Source of the DNA: an uncultured Solirubrobacterales bacterium
GTDB taxonomy: Bacteria > Actinomycetota > Thermoleophilia > Solirubrobacterales > Solirubrobacteraceae
NCBI GenBank assembly: GCA_963796885.1
Contig: CAWCNP010000023.1
Span: forward strand, 101,031-165,030
DNA length: 64,000 nucleotides
Reading direction: 5' to 3'
Shown: piece by piece, positions 1-9,682 of the stretch
Position numbering within the stretch: position 1 is the first letter of the stretch
How the letters are laid out: every line of letters starts with the position of its first letter
Translations under genes and position numbers: made by a program
Notes under the pieces: generated by a model
Told to the model about the DNA's origin: nothing
The model's input: only the letters and a program-made list of their open reading frames with translations
Databases searched by the model: none

Positions 1-585
1 CGCCGCGGCATTCACGGTCGCCTGGTGCTTGGCCAGGAGCTTCTTGTAGATCTCGTTGACCCGGACGCGGAACATGATGTCGCTGAGCGTCTGGCCCGAC
101 TGGCTGAGGAATGTGTTGAACGCGGCCGCGGTGGGGAACTGCTGCTTCTTGGCCGCCGCGAACGCCTTGTTTACGTCGGCGTCACTCACCGTGATCCCGA
201 GCTTCTTGGCCTCGGCCTGGTACCAGTAGGCGCGGATCAGGAAGTCCATCACCTGGCCGGAGAGGGAGGTGAACAGCTGCTTACACGCGGTGCGGATCTG
301 CGCGTCGGTCTTGCCCTTGGCGAAGGTGGGGATCTGGGCCTTGACCTGCGAGATGCAGGTGTCGAAGTTCGGCGGGTCGCTGGGGACGATCACGGGCGCG
401 CCAGGCGTCTGCGCCGAGCTGCCCTTGGCGGCGATGTACATCCAATGCTTGAAGGCGGTGGTGGAGATGGGGTTGCCGGCCATGTCGGCGACGGCGTTAC
501 CGGGGATGCCGGAGCCGCAGCCCGACAGGGCCACCGCGACCACAAAAAAAGCGCCAAGCGCCAGGAAGGTCTTCATCCGCTTCAT
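1..585 (-). CDS. PrsA/SurA-like foldase lipoprotein (runs off the window edge)
   Basis: Manual translation from ATG at 585: MKRMKTFLALGAFFVVAVALSGCGSGIPGNAVA..., with a lipobox (LSGC) and a SurA-N-like segment 'VMDFLIRAYWYQAEAKKLGITVSDADV'. It lies downstream of mfd, as is usual in Actinobacteria. Absent from the ORF track because there is no stop in the window. Confidence 0.8.
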   Translation of the reverse strand, partial: MKRMKTFLALGAFFVVAVALSGCGSGIPGNAVADMAGNPISTTAFKHWMYIAAKGSSAQTPGAPVIVPSDPPNFDTCISQVKAQIPTFAKGKTDAQIRTACKQLFTSLSGQVMDFLIRAYWYQAEAKKLGITVSDADVNKAFAAAKKQQFPTAAAFNTFLSQSGQTLSDIMFRVRVNEIYKKLLAKHQATVNAAA

Positions 586-691
586 CGACGTCGGTGATGG
601 TAGCGAGGGTTGGCAGAACTGGTCACCAACTGTTACGAAGTTCTTCGGCACCGTCACCCACGCGTCACATTATTGGTGGAACGCTGGGGGC

Positions 692-1627
692 ATGCCCATT
701 GACTCCAACGTTGTCCTAAATAATCTCGGACATCGTTGGAATCAACGCGAGGTGGTGGCGCTGGCCGAGGCTCAGGACGGGGTCGTCGCGCATCGACAGC
801 TGCTCGAGTTGGGCGTGCCGGCCGAAGTCATCCAGTACCGGCTGGCGGAGAGCTTCCTGACCCGACTTCATCGAGGGGTGTACGCCGTGGGCCGGCGAAC
901 GCTGACGCCCAACGGCCACCGGATGGCCGCCGTCCTGTCCTACAGGCCCCCGTGCGTTCTCAGCCACCGGAGCGCCGCCGCCGTCTGGGGGATCTGGTCC
1001 TCGGGGCCCCGGATCGAGGTGACGCTCGAGCGCAAGAGCCGCTCCCACGCGAAGATCCGCGCCCACTACACGGACACGCTCGACCCCGAGGAGGTCACGA
1101 CCAAGGACAACATCCCCATCACCTCCCCATCTCGCACCCTTCTCGACCTGGCGAGGACCCTCAAACCACACCTCCTGGTGAAGGCGATTGAGGAGGCCGA
1201 GCGCCGGCACATCTTCGACCTCATGGCGCTCGACCGCGCCATCGCCCGCGCGCCGCGTCGCCGGGGCGTAAGGAGACTCCGAGCCGCCCTGGCCGGCTAC
1301 CGCCCGCCACCGGACACCCGCTCACCCCTGGAGCAGCGGTTCTACGAGCTCATCCGGAGCGACCCGACCATCCCCGACCCCCAGACCAACGTCCTGGTCG
1401 CCGGCCTCGAGGTCGATTTCTTCTGGCCAGGAACCCGCCTGGTCGTCGAGGTCGACGGCCGTGGCTACCACTCGAGCCCTCGCGCCTTCGAGACCGATCG
1501 CGTCCGCGATGCCAAGCTCGCCCGCGCCCGCTGCCCCGTGTTGCGGATCACCGACGAACGCATGAAGACCGACCGCGCCGGCATCCTCACCGACGTCCGC
1601 GCGCTGTCTACGCCGCCTCGCGAGTGA
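692..1627 (+). CDS. AbiEi-antitoxin N-terminal domain + DUF559/Vsr-like endonuclease protein
   Basis: N-terminal 'LAEAQDGVVAHRQLLELG...RLHRGVY', central 'SHRSAAAVWG' and 'TSPSRTLLDLA', C-terminal 'EVDFFW...LVVEVDGRGYH...DRVRD..L...VLRIT'. The start codon is uncertain. Confidence 0.8.
   Translation: MPIDSNVVLNNLGHRWNQREVVALAEAQDGVVAHRQLLELGVPAEVIQYRLAESFLTRLHRGVYAVGRRTLTPNGHRMAAVLSYRPPCVLSHRSAAAVWGIWSSGPRIEVTLERKSRSHAKIRAHYTDTLDPEEVTTKDNIPITSPSRTLLDLARTLKPHLLVKAIEEAERRHIFDLMALDRAIARAPRRRGVRRLRAALAGYRPPPDTRSPLEQRFYELIRSDPTIPDPQTNVLVAGLEVDFFWPGTRLVVEVDGRGYHSSPRAFETDRVRDAKLARARCPVLRITDERMKTDRAGILTDVRALSTPPRE
699..745. repeat. 18-bp imperfect inverted repeat at the 5' end of the AbiEi/DUF559 gene
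   Basis: TTGACTCCAACGTTGTCC-taaataatctc-GGACATCGTTGGAATCAA; the arms match at 16/18. Confidence 0.8.
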
Positions 1628-4600
1628 CCGCCAGCAGCACGTCGGCCGCGCGCACGACGGCGGGGAAGCGCTTCGTCGGATCGTCGGGCACGCGCACCGA
1701 TAGCTGCGACTTGCCGGACTCGTAGAGCGCCTCGGGGATCTCGGCCCGGATCTTCTTGGCCCGCACCGAATCGAGCTCGATCGGGGTCACCGCCAGACGT
1801 CCGCCGCGGAACGTGACGGCGGTGGCGCCCGCCTGGCCGAGCTTGATCCGCGCCTGCTGGAGCGAGATCAGGTTGCGCAACGGCTCGGGGAGGTCGCCGA
1901 AGCGGTCCTCGAGCTCGTCGCGCAGCAGCACCAGATCGGCCACCTCGCGGGCCGCGGCGATCCGCCGGTGCACGTCGACCTTGGCCTGCTCGTAAGGGAT
2001 GTAGTCGGCGGGCACGTAAGCATCCACGTTGACATCGAGCCGCACGGGCTCCCAATCCTCGTCCTCCGGCTCCCCGTCGGCCGAGGCCGAGGCCACCGCC
2101 TCGTCGAGCATCTGCATGTAGAGCTCGAAGCCGAGCGCCGCCACGTGGCCCGACTGCTCGTCGCCGAGCAGGTTGCCGGCGCCGCGGATCTCGAGGTCAC
2201 GCATGGCGATCTTGAAGCCCGCCCCCAACTCGGTGTAGTCGCTCAGAGCCGACAACCTCTGCGCCGCCTCGCCGGTCAGGGCCGCGGCGCTCGGGTACAA
2301 CAGATACGCGTAGGCGCGCTCACGCGAGCGGCCCACCCGGCCCCGGATCTGGTAGAGCTGGGCCAGCCCGAAGGCATCCGCGCGCTCGACGACCAGCGTG
2401 TTCGCGGCCGGGATGTCGATGCCCGACTCGATGATCGAGGTGCACACGAGCACGTCGGCGTCACCGCGCAGGAAGGACAGCATCCGTTTCTCGAGCTCCT
2501 TCTCCTCCATCTGGCCGTGGGCGACCTCGAAGCCGATGCCCGGGCACAGTCCGCGCAGCCGCTCGGCCGTCTCGTCGATCGACTCGACCCGGTTGTGGAG
2601 GAAGAAGGCCTGGCCGCCGCGCTCGTGCTCGCGCACCAGGGCGCGACGCACGAGCTCCTCGTCGTACTCGCCCACGTAGGTCTTGACCGGGCGCCGACCC
2701 TCGGGCGGGGTCTCGATCACGCTGATGTCGCGCACGCCGGCCAGCGACATCTGCAGCGTGCGGGGGATCGGCGTGGCGCTCATCGAGATCACGTCGACCC
2801 GGAGCTTCAGCTGGCGCAGGAGCTCCTTCTGCTTGACCCCGAAGCGCTGCTCCTCGTCGACGATGAGCAGCCCCAGATCCTTCGCGCGCACGTCACGTGA
2901 CAGTAGGCGATGGGTCCCGATGAGGATGTCGACCTCGCCGCGGCTGAATCGGGCCACCGCCTCGCGCTGCTCGGCCGCCGGGCGGAAGCGCGACACGTGC
3001 TCGATCGTCACCGGGTACTCACGCAGCCGCTCGGTGAACGTCCCGTAGTGCTGCTGGGCGAGGATCGTCGTGGGCACCAGCAGCATGACCTGCTTGCCGT
3101 CCTGGACCGCCTTGAACGCCGCCCGCAGCGCCACCTCGGTCTTGCCGTATCCGACGTCCCCGCAGATCAGCCGGTCCATCGGCCGCGGCGCCTCCATGTC
3201 GGCCTTGACGAACTCGATCGCGTCGCGCTGGTCGGGAGTCTCGGTGTAGGGGAAGGCGTCCTCGAACTCGCGCTGCCAGTCGGTGTCGAGGGGAAACTCG
3301 TGGCCGGAGCGGCGCTTGCGCTCGGCGTACAGGTTGAGCAGCTCTCCGGCCAGTTCCTGGGCTGCCCGCCGGGCGCGGGCCTTGATCGTGTCCCAGCGCG
3401 TCCCGCCGAGCTTGGACAGCGGCGGGTGGGCGCCGCCGGCTCCGACGTAGCGGGAGATCTTGGCCAGCTGGTCGACGGGGACGAACACCCGGTCCGAGCC
3501 GGCGTATTCGAGGTACAGGTAGTCGCGGGTGACGTTGGCCACGGTCTTGGTGTCAAAGCCGGCAAAGCGGGCGATCCCGTGGTCCTCGTGGACGACGATG
3601 TCGCCCGTGCGCAGGTCGGCGAAGCTGCGCAGCACGCCGCGACGGCGCTCCGGGCGCGCCGGCGCCGGCCGCCGGCGGCGGAACAGCCGGTGGTCGGGGA
3701 TGACCGCGAGGTGGAACTGGGGCGCGATGAAGCCGACCGCGAGTCGGGCCTGCGCAAACGTGATGGCGCCATCGGCACCGCCGCCATCTTCGGAAAGCCA
3801 GTGGACCTTCAGGCGCCCCAGGTTGTAGGCGGCACGCTCGCCCTCGCCGCGGCTGGCGAAGGCGACCACGGTCCGATAGCCCGATCGATGCAGCTTCTCG
3901 AGCTCGGGCTCGGCCTCGCGAATGCCCCGCGCGGCAACGTCGGCGCTCTGCCCACGGAACTGGAACGGCTGGTCCTGATCGATGCTCGACAGGCGGATCC
4001 GGGCACGGTCGCGCAGCGAGTCCTCGATGACCGCGGGGCCCAGATACAGCTGATGGGCGTCCTCGTCGTGGAAGGCTGCGGTGACGTCCTGCCAGTGATC
4101 GGACAGCGCCGGCGCGACGTCCTCCTCGCCGGCGATGACCACGCTGGCCGCCTCCGGAGCGAGGGACAGGAACGAATGGAAGTCCTCGACCGGGAGCAGC
4201 TCGGCGATGTCGGGGCGGTCGGCCTCGTCCTCGAGCGCGGCGATCTCGGCCAGCTCACGGTGCTCGGGCGCGAGCTCGGCCGCCGGCGCGACCTCGACCT
4301 CCTCGGCGTCTCCGAGCGATCGCTGGGTGAAGGTCGAGAACCACCGCAGCGACTCGATCTCGTCCCCGAACAGATCGACGCGAACCGCGCGGTCCTCTGT
4401 GGCGGGAAACACATCCAGCAGCCCGCCTCGGATCGCGAACTGGCCCCGATCTTCGACCTGCTCGACGCGCTCGTAGCCCGCCGCAACCAGGTCGGTGGCG
4501 GTCTCGTCGAGGTCGAGGAGATCGCCCATCCTCAGCGTGAATCCGCGCGGGCGCAGAGCCGGATCGGGCACCTTCTCCGACAGCGCCACCGCGCTGACGA

Positions 4601-4949
4601 CGACGATTGGCGCAGCGCCGGCCGCGTCGTCGAGCAACGAATCGAGTGCGGCGATGCGAAGGCCGACGAGGTGCGGCGGCGGAGCGAGGTGCGACTCATA
4701 GGTGACACCGCGGCTCGGGTAGTAGCGAATGGTCCGCGGGAACAGCCAGCTGCGCAGCCCCGCGGCAAGGTCGCGTGCGGCTCGGTCATCACCGGCGACG
4801 ACGATCGCCGGTCGCTCGGGCTCACGGTCGAGCAGGGCGGCGATCAGGTACGGCCGCAGCGACCCCGAGACGAACGCGCGGCCGCCATCCCGCTGCAGCG
4901 CAGCGGTCTGCGGATCATCATCCGCGTGCGTGAGCAGAGCGCGAAGCAT
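1608..4949 (-). CDS. mfd: Transcription-repair coupling factor
   Basis: 1113 aa with CarD-like domain 'VVHEDHGIARF', Walker A 'GDVGYGKTE', 'DEEQRFG', 'SATPIPRT', 'QIRGRVGR' and a C-terminal TRCF domain. Confidence 0.98.
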   Translation of the reverse strand: MLRALLTHADDDPQTAALQRDGGRAFVSGSLRPYLIAALLDREPERPAIVVAGDDRAARDLAAGLRSWLFPRTIRYYPSRGVTYESHLAPPPHLVGLRIAALDSLLDDAAGAAPIVVVSAVALSEKVPDPALRPRGFTLRMGDLLDLDETATDLVAAGYERVEQVEDRGQFAIRGGLLDVFPATEDRAVRVDLFGDEIESLRWFSTFTQRSLGDAEEVEVAPAAELAPEHRELAEIAALEDEADRPDIAELLPVEDFHSFLSLAPEAASVVIAGEEDVAPALSDHWQDVTAAFHDEDAHQLYLGPAVIEDSLRDRARIRLSSIDQDQPFQFRGQSADVAARGIREAEPELEKLHRSGYRTVVAFASRGEGERAAYNLGRLKVHWLSEDGGGADGAITFAQARLAVGFIAPQFHLAVIPDHRLFRRRRPAPARPERRRGVLRSFADLRTGDIVVHEDHGIARFAGFDTKTVANVTRDYLYLEYAGSDRVFVPVDQLAKISRYVGAGGAHPPLSKLGGTRWDTIKARARRAAQELAGELLNLYAERKRRSGHEFPLDTDWQREFEDAFPYTETPDQRDAIEFVKADMEAPRPMDRLICGDVGYGKTEVALRAAFKAVQDGKQVMLLVPTTILAQQHYGTFTERLREYPVTIEHVSRFRPAAEQREAVARFSRGEVDILIGTHRLLSRDVRAKDLGLLIVDEEQRFGVKQKELLRQLKLRVDVISMSATPIPRTLQMSLAGVRDISVIETPPEGRRPVKTYVGEYDEELVRRALVREHERGGQAFFLHNRVESIDETAERLRGLCPGIGFEVAHGQMEEKELEKRMLSFLRGDADVLVCTSIIESGIDIPAANTLVVERADAFGLAQLYQIRGRVGRSRERAYAYLLYPSAAALTGEAAQRLSALSDYTELGAGFKIAMRDLEIRGAGNLLGDEQSGHVAALGFELYMQMLDEAVASASADGEPEDEDWEPVRLDVNVDAYVPADYIPYEQAKVDVHRRIAAAREVADLVLLRDELEDRFGDLPEPLRNLISLQQARIKLGQAGATAVTFRGGRLAVTPIELDSVRAKKIRAEIPEALYESGKSQLSVRVPDDPTKRFPAVVRAADVLLAVTREAA

Positions 4950-4961
4950 CTGCTTCTGAGT

Positions 4962-5546
4962 CTATGAAGCCGACGGCTCGCCCAGAACGAACTGCTCCGC
5001 CGCGTCGGCGGCCTCCTCGACCAACGCTCGGACGTCGGCCCCGGGTTGGCGGAAGCGCCCGAGAACGTACGAGGCCACCTCGTCCGGATCGGTTGTCGGC
5101 GGACGGCCGACACCGACGCGAACGCGGCTGAAGTCGGCCGATCCGAGCCCTTGCTTGATCGACTTGAGTCCTCGGTGGCCGGCCAGGCCCCCTCCGGTGC
5201 GCACGTGGATGCGACCGAAGCCAAGGTCGATCTCGTCGTGAATTACGAGTACGTGTTCGATCGGTACCTTGAGCGCGCCCCGGGCCGGACCGACCGACTG
5301 GCCCGCCTCGTTCATGTAGGTCTGGGGCAGCAGCACCGCCACGCTCGGACCGCCGAACCCTGTGCGCCCCTCGGTGAGCAGGCCGCGGTACTTCGGCTTG
5401 GGGCTGGGGAGGTCCCAGCGCGCGATCAGGGCGGTGGCGGTCTCGAACCCGATGTTGTGTGGAGTGCCGGCGTACTCACTGCCGGGGTTGCCCAACCCGA
5501 CGATCAACCAGTCGACGCGACCGCCGGGACGGCCCGTGGCTGACAT
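4962..5546 (-). CDS. pth: Peptidyl-tRNA hydrolase
   Basis: Motifs 'LIVGLGNPG', 'HNIGF', 'PQTYMN', 'HDEID', 'GHRGLKS'; follows rplY. Confidence 0.96.
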   Translation of the reverse strand: MSATGRPGGRVDWLIVGLGNPGSEYAGTPHNIGFETATALIARWDLPSPKPKYRGLLTEGRTGFGGPSVAVLLPQTYMNEAGQSVGPARGALKVPIEHVLVIHDEIDLGFGRIHVRTGGGLAGHRGLKSIKQGLGSADFSRVRVGVGRPPTTDPDEVASYVLGRFRQPGADVRALVEEAADAAEQFVLGEPSAS

Positions 5547-5549
5547 CGC

Positions 5550-6233
5550 CTACTCGTCGGAGGATTCGCCCTCGCCCGCGCCCTCGTCGCCGGCGGGCTC
5601 GGCCTCGGCAGGCGCCTCGCCCTCGACGAGTTCGGTCTCCTCTTCGATCTCGGGCTCTTCCTCGACCTGGAGACGCGGGGGCGACAGGGTGGCAATCACG
5701 GTCTCGGGATCATCGATCAGCTTGACGCCCTCGGGCGCGCTCACGGCCTCGAGCGTCAGCGTGTCGCCGATCACCATCTCGGAGACATCGTGCTGAAGCG
5801 AGTCGGGAATCTCGGTCGGCAGCGCCTCGACGGTCAGCTCGCGCGTGACGTGCTCGAGGACACCGCCCTCCTTGACGCCGGGCGCATCCTCGGTGCCGGT
5901 GAGCTCGAGCACGACGGTCGCCTGGATGGCCTGGTCGAGCCGGACACGGAGAAAGTCGATGTGGATCGTCTGGCCGTGGACCGGATGGCGCGTCAGCTCT
6001 TTGACCACCACGGGCGTCGATCCGGCGCCATCGATGCTGAGGTCGAACACTGCGCCCGCGTGGGCGAGAGCGACCCGCAGCTCGCGGCCGTCGACCTGAA
6101 ACGCCACCGGGGGCTCACTGCCGCCGTATACGACGCCGGGAACCTGGCCGGTTCGACGCAGACGCCGGACCGCCCGCGAGCCCACGGGGTCTCGCTGCGC
6201 GACTGACAGGGCGGTTGTGGCTGCACTGGCCAT
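5550..6233 (-). CDS. rplY: 50S ribosomal protein L25/Ctc
   Basis: 'RRLRRTGQVPGVVYG', 'HIDF', 'PGVKEGG' and an acidic tail. Confidence 0.96.
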   Translation of the reverse strand: MASAATTALSVAQRDPVGSRAVRRLRRTGQVPGVVYGGSEPPVAFQVDGRELRVALAHAGAVFDLSIDGAGSTPVVVKELTRHPVHGQTIHIDFLRVRLDQAIQATVVLELTGTEDAPGVKEGGVLEHVTRELTVEALPTEIPDSLQHDVSEMVIGDTLTLEAVSAPEGVKLIDDPETVIATLSPPRLQVEEEPEIEEETELVEGEAPAEAEPAGDEGAGEGESSDE

Positions 6234-6297
6234 GAGCGGCCATCGATGGTAGCGACAGCGCGTTTTCCCGGGTTGCCGGTCGCGGTACCCTTAAGCC

Positions 6298-6621
6298 ATG
6301 TCGGGCGAGGCTCAGCTGCTGCTGATGATCGCTGGAGTGCACTTCTTGGGACTGGGTTGCGTTGCGGTGTTGATCATTCCTGCCCTGCGCGAGCCGCCCG
6401 GGCCGTCCTCCTCGTCCTCTGACTCGGGCAGCGACGAGGGCTGGGGTCGCGGTCCGAAGCTGCCGCCCAAGCTGCCCGAGCCGCCGCGCGGCGGGATTCC
6501 GCTCCCCGACGCGACTCCGGCGCGCGTCCGCCTCCGTGACCACCGACGGCTGTCCGACTATCGCCCCAAGCGCGATCGTCGACCCGCGCGAGAACCACAG
6601 CGAACGCCCGTCCGCCAGTGA
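6298..6621 (+). CDS. Small membrane protein with Pro/Arg-rich tail (hypothetical)
   Basis: N-terminal hydrophobic helix; TACCCT -10-like hexamer 6 nt before the ATG. Confidence 0.65.
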   Translation: MSGEAQLLLMIAGVHFLGLGCVAVLIIPALREPPGPSSSSSDSGSDEGWGRGPKLPPKLPEPPRGGIPLPDATPARVRLRDHRRLSDYRPKRDRRPAREPQRTPVRQ

Positions 6622-6631
6622 GTTGGCGAAC

Positions 6632-8056
6632 ATGGCTAGGGTGCGTTGCCGGGGCGTGTTGGCCGTGCCCGCGGCGGCCAGCGCCGACACGTTCTGCGTC
6701 AGCCACACGGGTTGCACCGGGGCGGGCCACAACTTCACGACGATCGATGGCGCGCTTGGGGCGGCGGCGAGTAACGGAGCCGGGACACTGGACACGATCG
6801 AGGTCGGCCCCGGCACGTATGACGAGGATGTGACCGACGCCGCCGGCAACAAGGTCAACATCGTGGGCAGCGGCGACAGCACCGACATCGCGCCGAGCTC
6901 GAGCGCCAGCAACCAGCAGGTGCTCTCCGTCGCCGAAGGCGGCACCTCGGTCTCCGCGCTGAAGATCACGATCCCCGCGGGCTCCGGCAACGCCGGAATC
7001 TCGGTGGCTCAGACGATCGGCGCCCACGGGCCGAGCTTCTCGCACGTCGACGTGCTCGAGAACGCGACGGCCACCGACGCGTTCGGCGCCGAGCTCTACG
7101 GATCGAGCTTCTCCGACGGCAGCGTGCTTCTCACCGACGCCAACTCGCACGGGGTGTTTCTCACCGATTCATCTCTGAGCGGTTCGACCTGTGGCCGGCG
7201 ACCAGGGCGTCGGCCTGGCTACGTCGGCCACGCAGCAATCGTCGATCGTGCGCTCGCGCGTCACCGGCGTCCACGTCGGCGTCTTCGCCGACGGAGCCAC
7301 CAAGAGCCTCATCGCTGACGATCTCATCGTCCTCACCGGAACGACCGGCCAGGCATTTTTCATCGCCTCGGAGTCCCAGCAGACAGTGACGATGGACAGC
7401 GACACCTTGGTTGGCGCGGGCGGGAACAGCACCGGGGCCCAGGCCGGGACAAGCCTTCCCGCCGCCGCGGTGACGCTCAACGTCGACGACACGATTATCC
7501 GAGGATTCGACACCGATCTGGCCGCGTCTGGCAGCACGACCGATCCCGCAACGCTCAACATCATGGGCGCATTCGAGTTTCAGCCTGTCAATCACAAGCC
7601 CGTGGCCGCGTTCACGGCGCGGCGACCGCGGTGAAGGGCAAGCCGGTGAGGTTCAATGGCAGCGGCTCGCATGACCCCGACGGCGACCCGATCACGTTTG
7701 CCTGGCGCTTCGGTGACGGCGCCACATCGACCGTGGGCCAAACCCACCCACACGTACGCCAGAGCCGGCAAATACCACGTCGAGCTGATCGTCGCGGATG
7801 ACTTCGGCGCCACCTCGGACGCCTTCAAGACGATCACCGTCTCGGCCCACCGTGCAAGGTCCCCAAGCTCGCGGGTGAGACGCTGGCCACCGCCGAGCGA
7901 GCGCTGAAGAACGCCCATTGCCGGGTGGGCAAGATCACCCACAAGCACTCCGGACACATCAAACTAGGGCGCGTGATCGGGTCGAACCCCAAGGCCGGGT
8001 CGCAGCGCAAGAACGGCGCGCGCGTCGCCCTCACGGTGAGCCGCGGCAAGGGCTGA
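6632..8056 (+). pseudogene. Frameshifted secreted beta-helix/PKD/PASTA surface protein
   Basis: Coherent protein pieces in shifting frames: signal-like 'LAVPAAASAD', Ser/Thr/Gly-rich beta-helix-like region, PKD ('NHKPVAAF', 'DPDGDPITFAWRFGDG', 'PTHTYARAGKYHVELIVADDFG') and PASTA ('CKVPKLAGETLATAERALKNAHCRVG...VIGSNPKAG'). Shifts occur near 7190, 7620, 7735 and 7848. Confidence 0.8.
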
Positions 8057-8059
8057 TCG

Positions 8060-8515
8060 TCAGCTCAGACTCGGACAGGTCGCGTCGCCGGCCAGCTTTC
8101 GGGTGATCGAGAGCAGCTGGATGCTCAGGCCGCTGACCACGTTGCCGGCCCGCCTGACCTTGACGCACTGGACCCTGGGCAGCGAGCCGTCGACATTCCA
8201 GGCCACGCGGGCGTAGCCCAGCGTGCTGGTCAACGAGAACCCGGTCGAGGGCTGGAGCTGAAGGATCGACACCGCCCCCGCGTGTCTGAGCGTGGCCGCG
8301 TTGACCGCGGCCTCGGCGCGGCAGCTCGCGCTCTGGCTGCATTCGTGCATGAGGCTGACGATCTCGTTCTGATCTCCCCGCGCCTCGGCCTGGATGAGCG
8401 CCGTGATCGCGGAGCGCTCGTTGCCGTCGGCGTTGAACGCCCTGGCCAGCAGGAGGCTGATGCCGAGGAAGACGATCACGCCGATACCGATGCCGATGAG
8501 GTAGATGCGCCGCAC
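8060..8515 (-). CDS. Membrane-anchored hypothetical protein
   Basis: N-terminal TM helix; TAGCGT 7 nt before the GTG; GC3-rich codons. Confidence 0.7.
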   Translation of the reverse strand: MRRIYLIGIGIGVIVFLGISLLLARAFNADGNERSAITALIQAEARGDQNEIVSLMHECSQSASCRAEAAVNAATLRHAGAVSILQLQPSTGFSLTSTLGYARVAWNVDGSLPRVQCVKVRRAGNVVSGLSIQLLSITRKLAGDATCPSLS

Positions 8516-8532
8516 CGCGGCGACGCTACTAG

Positions 8533-9303
8533 CTAGCCCGCGGCCGGGAAGTCCTCGCCGCTCAGCTCGAGGAAGCGCTCGACTGACGCCTCCTGATGGT
8601 CGAGCCGCAGCGCCAAGGATCGGGCGTGCTCGCGGGACTGGTCAAGGAACTCCTCGACACAGCGCTCCGGATCGTCGGCCAGAGCGTAGACGCGGCTGAA
8701 GTCCTGCTGGGCGCAGGCGATCCCCAACGGCGGGCGCCCCTCGGCGAGCGTGCGCGCGCTGCACACGGGGGTGACGACGAGCTTGGCGTCGCTGGCGATC
8801 AACGCCGTGGGCAGCAGGCGGGGCGCGGGCAACCGCACGGCCAGCTCCACGGAACGGTCCACGGTCACGCCACTGCCGATCAGCTCGGACAGCGGTTCGC
8901 GCCAGACGTCGAGCACGAGATCGGCGCCGACCAGAGCCTCACGGAGCGCGGTGGCCTGCTCCAGGTACAGCCGCTCGGCCTCGGCGCGATCCTCGGCGTC
9001 ACCGAGGTCCAGATCGCAGGGGACGCGCAGCAACTCGTTGGCCGCGACGGTCGAGCCGGCCCCGCGACTACCCGGGGCGACGTAGGTTTGCAGCGTGCCG
9101 AGGTCACGGCGAGCGTGGAAGATCACCGTCACGGCATCGCTCAACGGCAGGCCGTCGACCCGAAGCGATACCGCCACCGACGTGGAGTCGTCGAGCAACG
9201 CCCGGCGAAGCAGCTCCTCGGCCTCGGCCCTGCGCTCGTTTTGATCATCCTCGAGCATCGCCCTGAACCTCAGATCGGCCTGTTCGGTTAACCATTTACT
9301 CAC
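8533..9303 (-). CDS. Hypothetical soluble protein (256 aa)
   Basis: Natural acidic composition and host-like codon bias; no family recognised. Confidence 0.75.
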   Translation of the reverse strand: MSKWLTEQADLRFRAMLEDDQNERRAEAEELLRRALLDDSTSVAVSLRVDGLPLSDAVTVIFHARRDLGTLQTYVAPGSRGAGSTVAANELLRVPCDLDLGDAEDRAEAERLYLEQATALREALVGADLVLDVWREPLSELIGSGVTVDRSVELAVRLPAPRLLPTALIASDAKLVVTPVCSARTLAEGRPPLGIACAQQDFSRVYALADDPERCVEEFLDQSREHARSLALRLDHQEASVERFLELSGEDFPAAG

Positions 9304-9386
9304 AAGTCCCGGTCGTGGACCACTTGCAAGTGGAGCGACTGTGCCGGCGCGAGTCCTCCATCTGGAGGATGGGTAGGCTGCACGGC

Positions 9387-9680
9387 GTGTTCGTTCTGAA
9401 GATCTTCTACTTCCCGTTCGCCATCGTGGCCAGCCTGATCGCGAAGCGGCTCGGCCGCAAGACCTTCAAGGCGATCTGGGCCAAGTTCGACGACGAGGAT
9501 CCGCCCAAGCCGACGCGGGAAGACCAAACCGCGCCCAAGGTGGTCGGAGCAGCAGCGCTCGAGGCGGCCACGATGGCGGGCGTTGCCGCCCTGATGGAGC
9601 GAGGCTCGGCCAAGAGCTTTCATTACCTGACCGGCTTCTGGCCGGGCGACCGTTCCAAAGGCGAGGACGAGGAGGACTAA
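9387..9680 (+). CDS. DUF4235-like membrane protein
   Basis: 'KIFYFPFAIVASLIAKRLGRKTFKAIW...DPPKPT...TGFWPG' pattern; TAGGCT 7 nt before the GTG. Confidence 0.7.
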   Translation: MFVLKIFYFPFAIVASLIAKRLGRKTFKAIWAKFDDEDPPKPTREDQTAPKVVGAAALEAATMAGVAALMERGSAKSFHYLTGFWPGDRSKGEDEED

Positions 9681-9682
9681 AG

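Noticed and set aside
269-691. 5' extension of the 452-aa ORF
   Set aside because: It overlaps the prsA-like gene on the opposite strand; the recognisable domain starts after 692.
699-745. dif site
   Set aside because: Arm and spacer lengths and sequence do not fit the 11-6-11 XerC/D layout.
2910-4967. Long antisense ORFs (e.g. 685 aa here; also 16020-18158 and 56427-58208)
   Set aside because: They are shadows of real genes caused by high GC3 and have no motifs.
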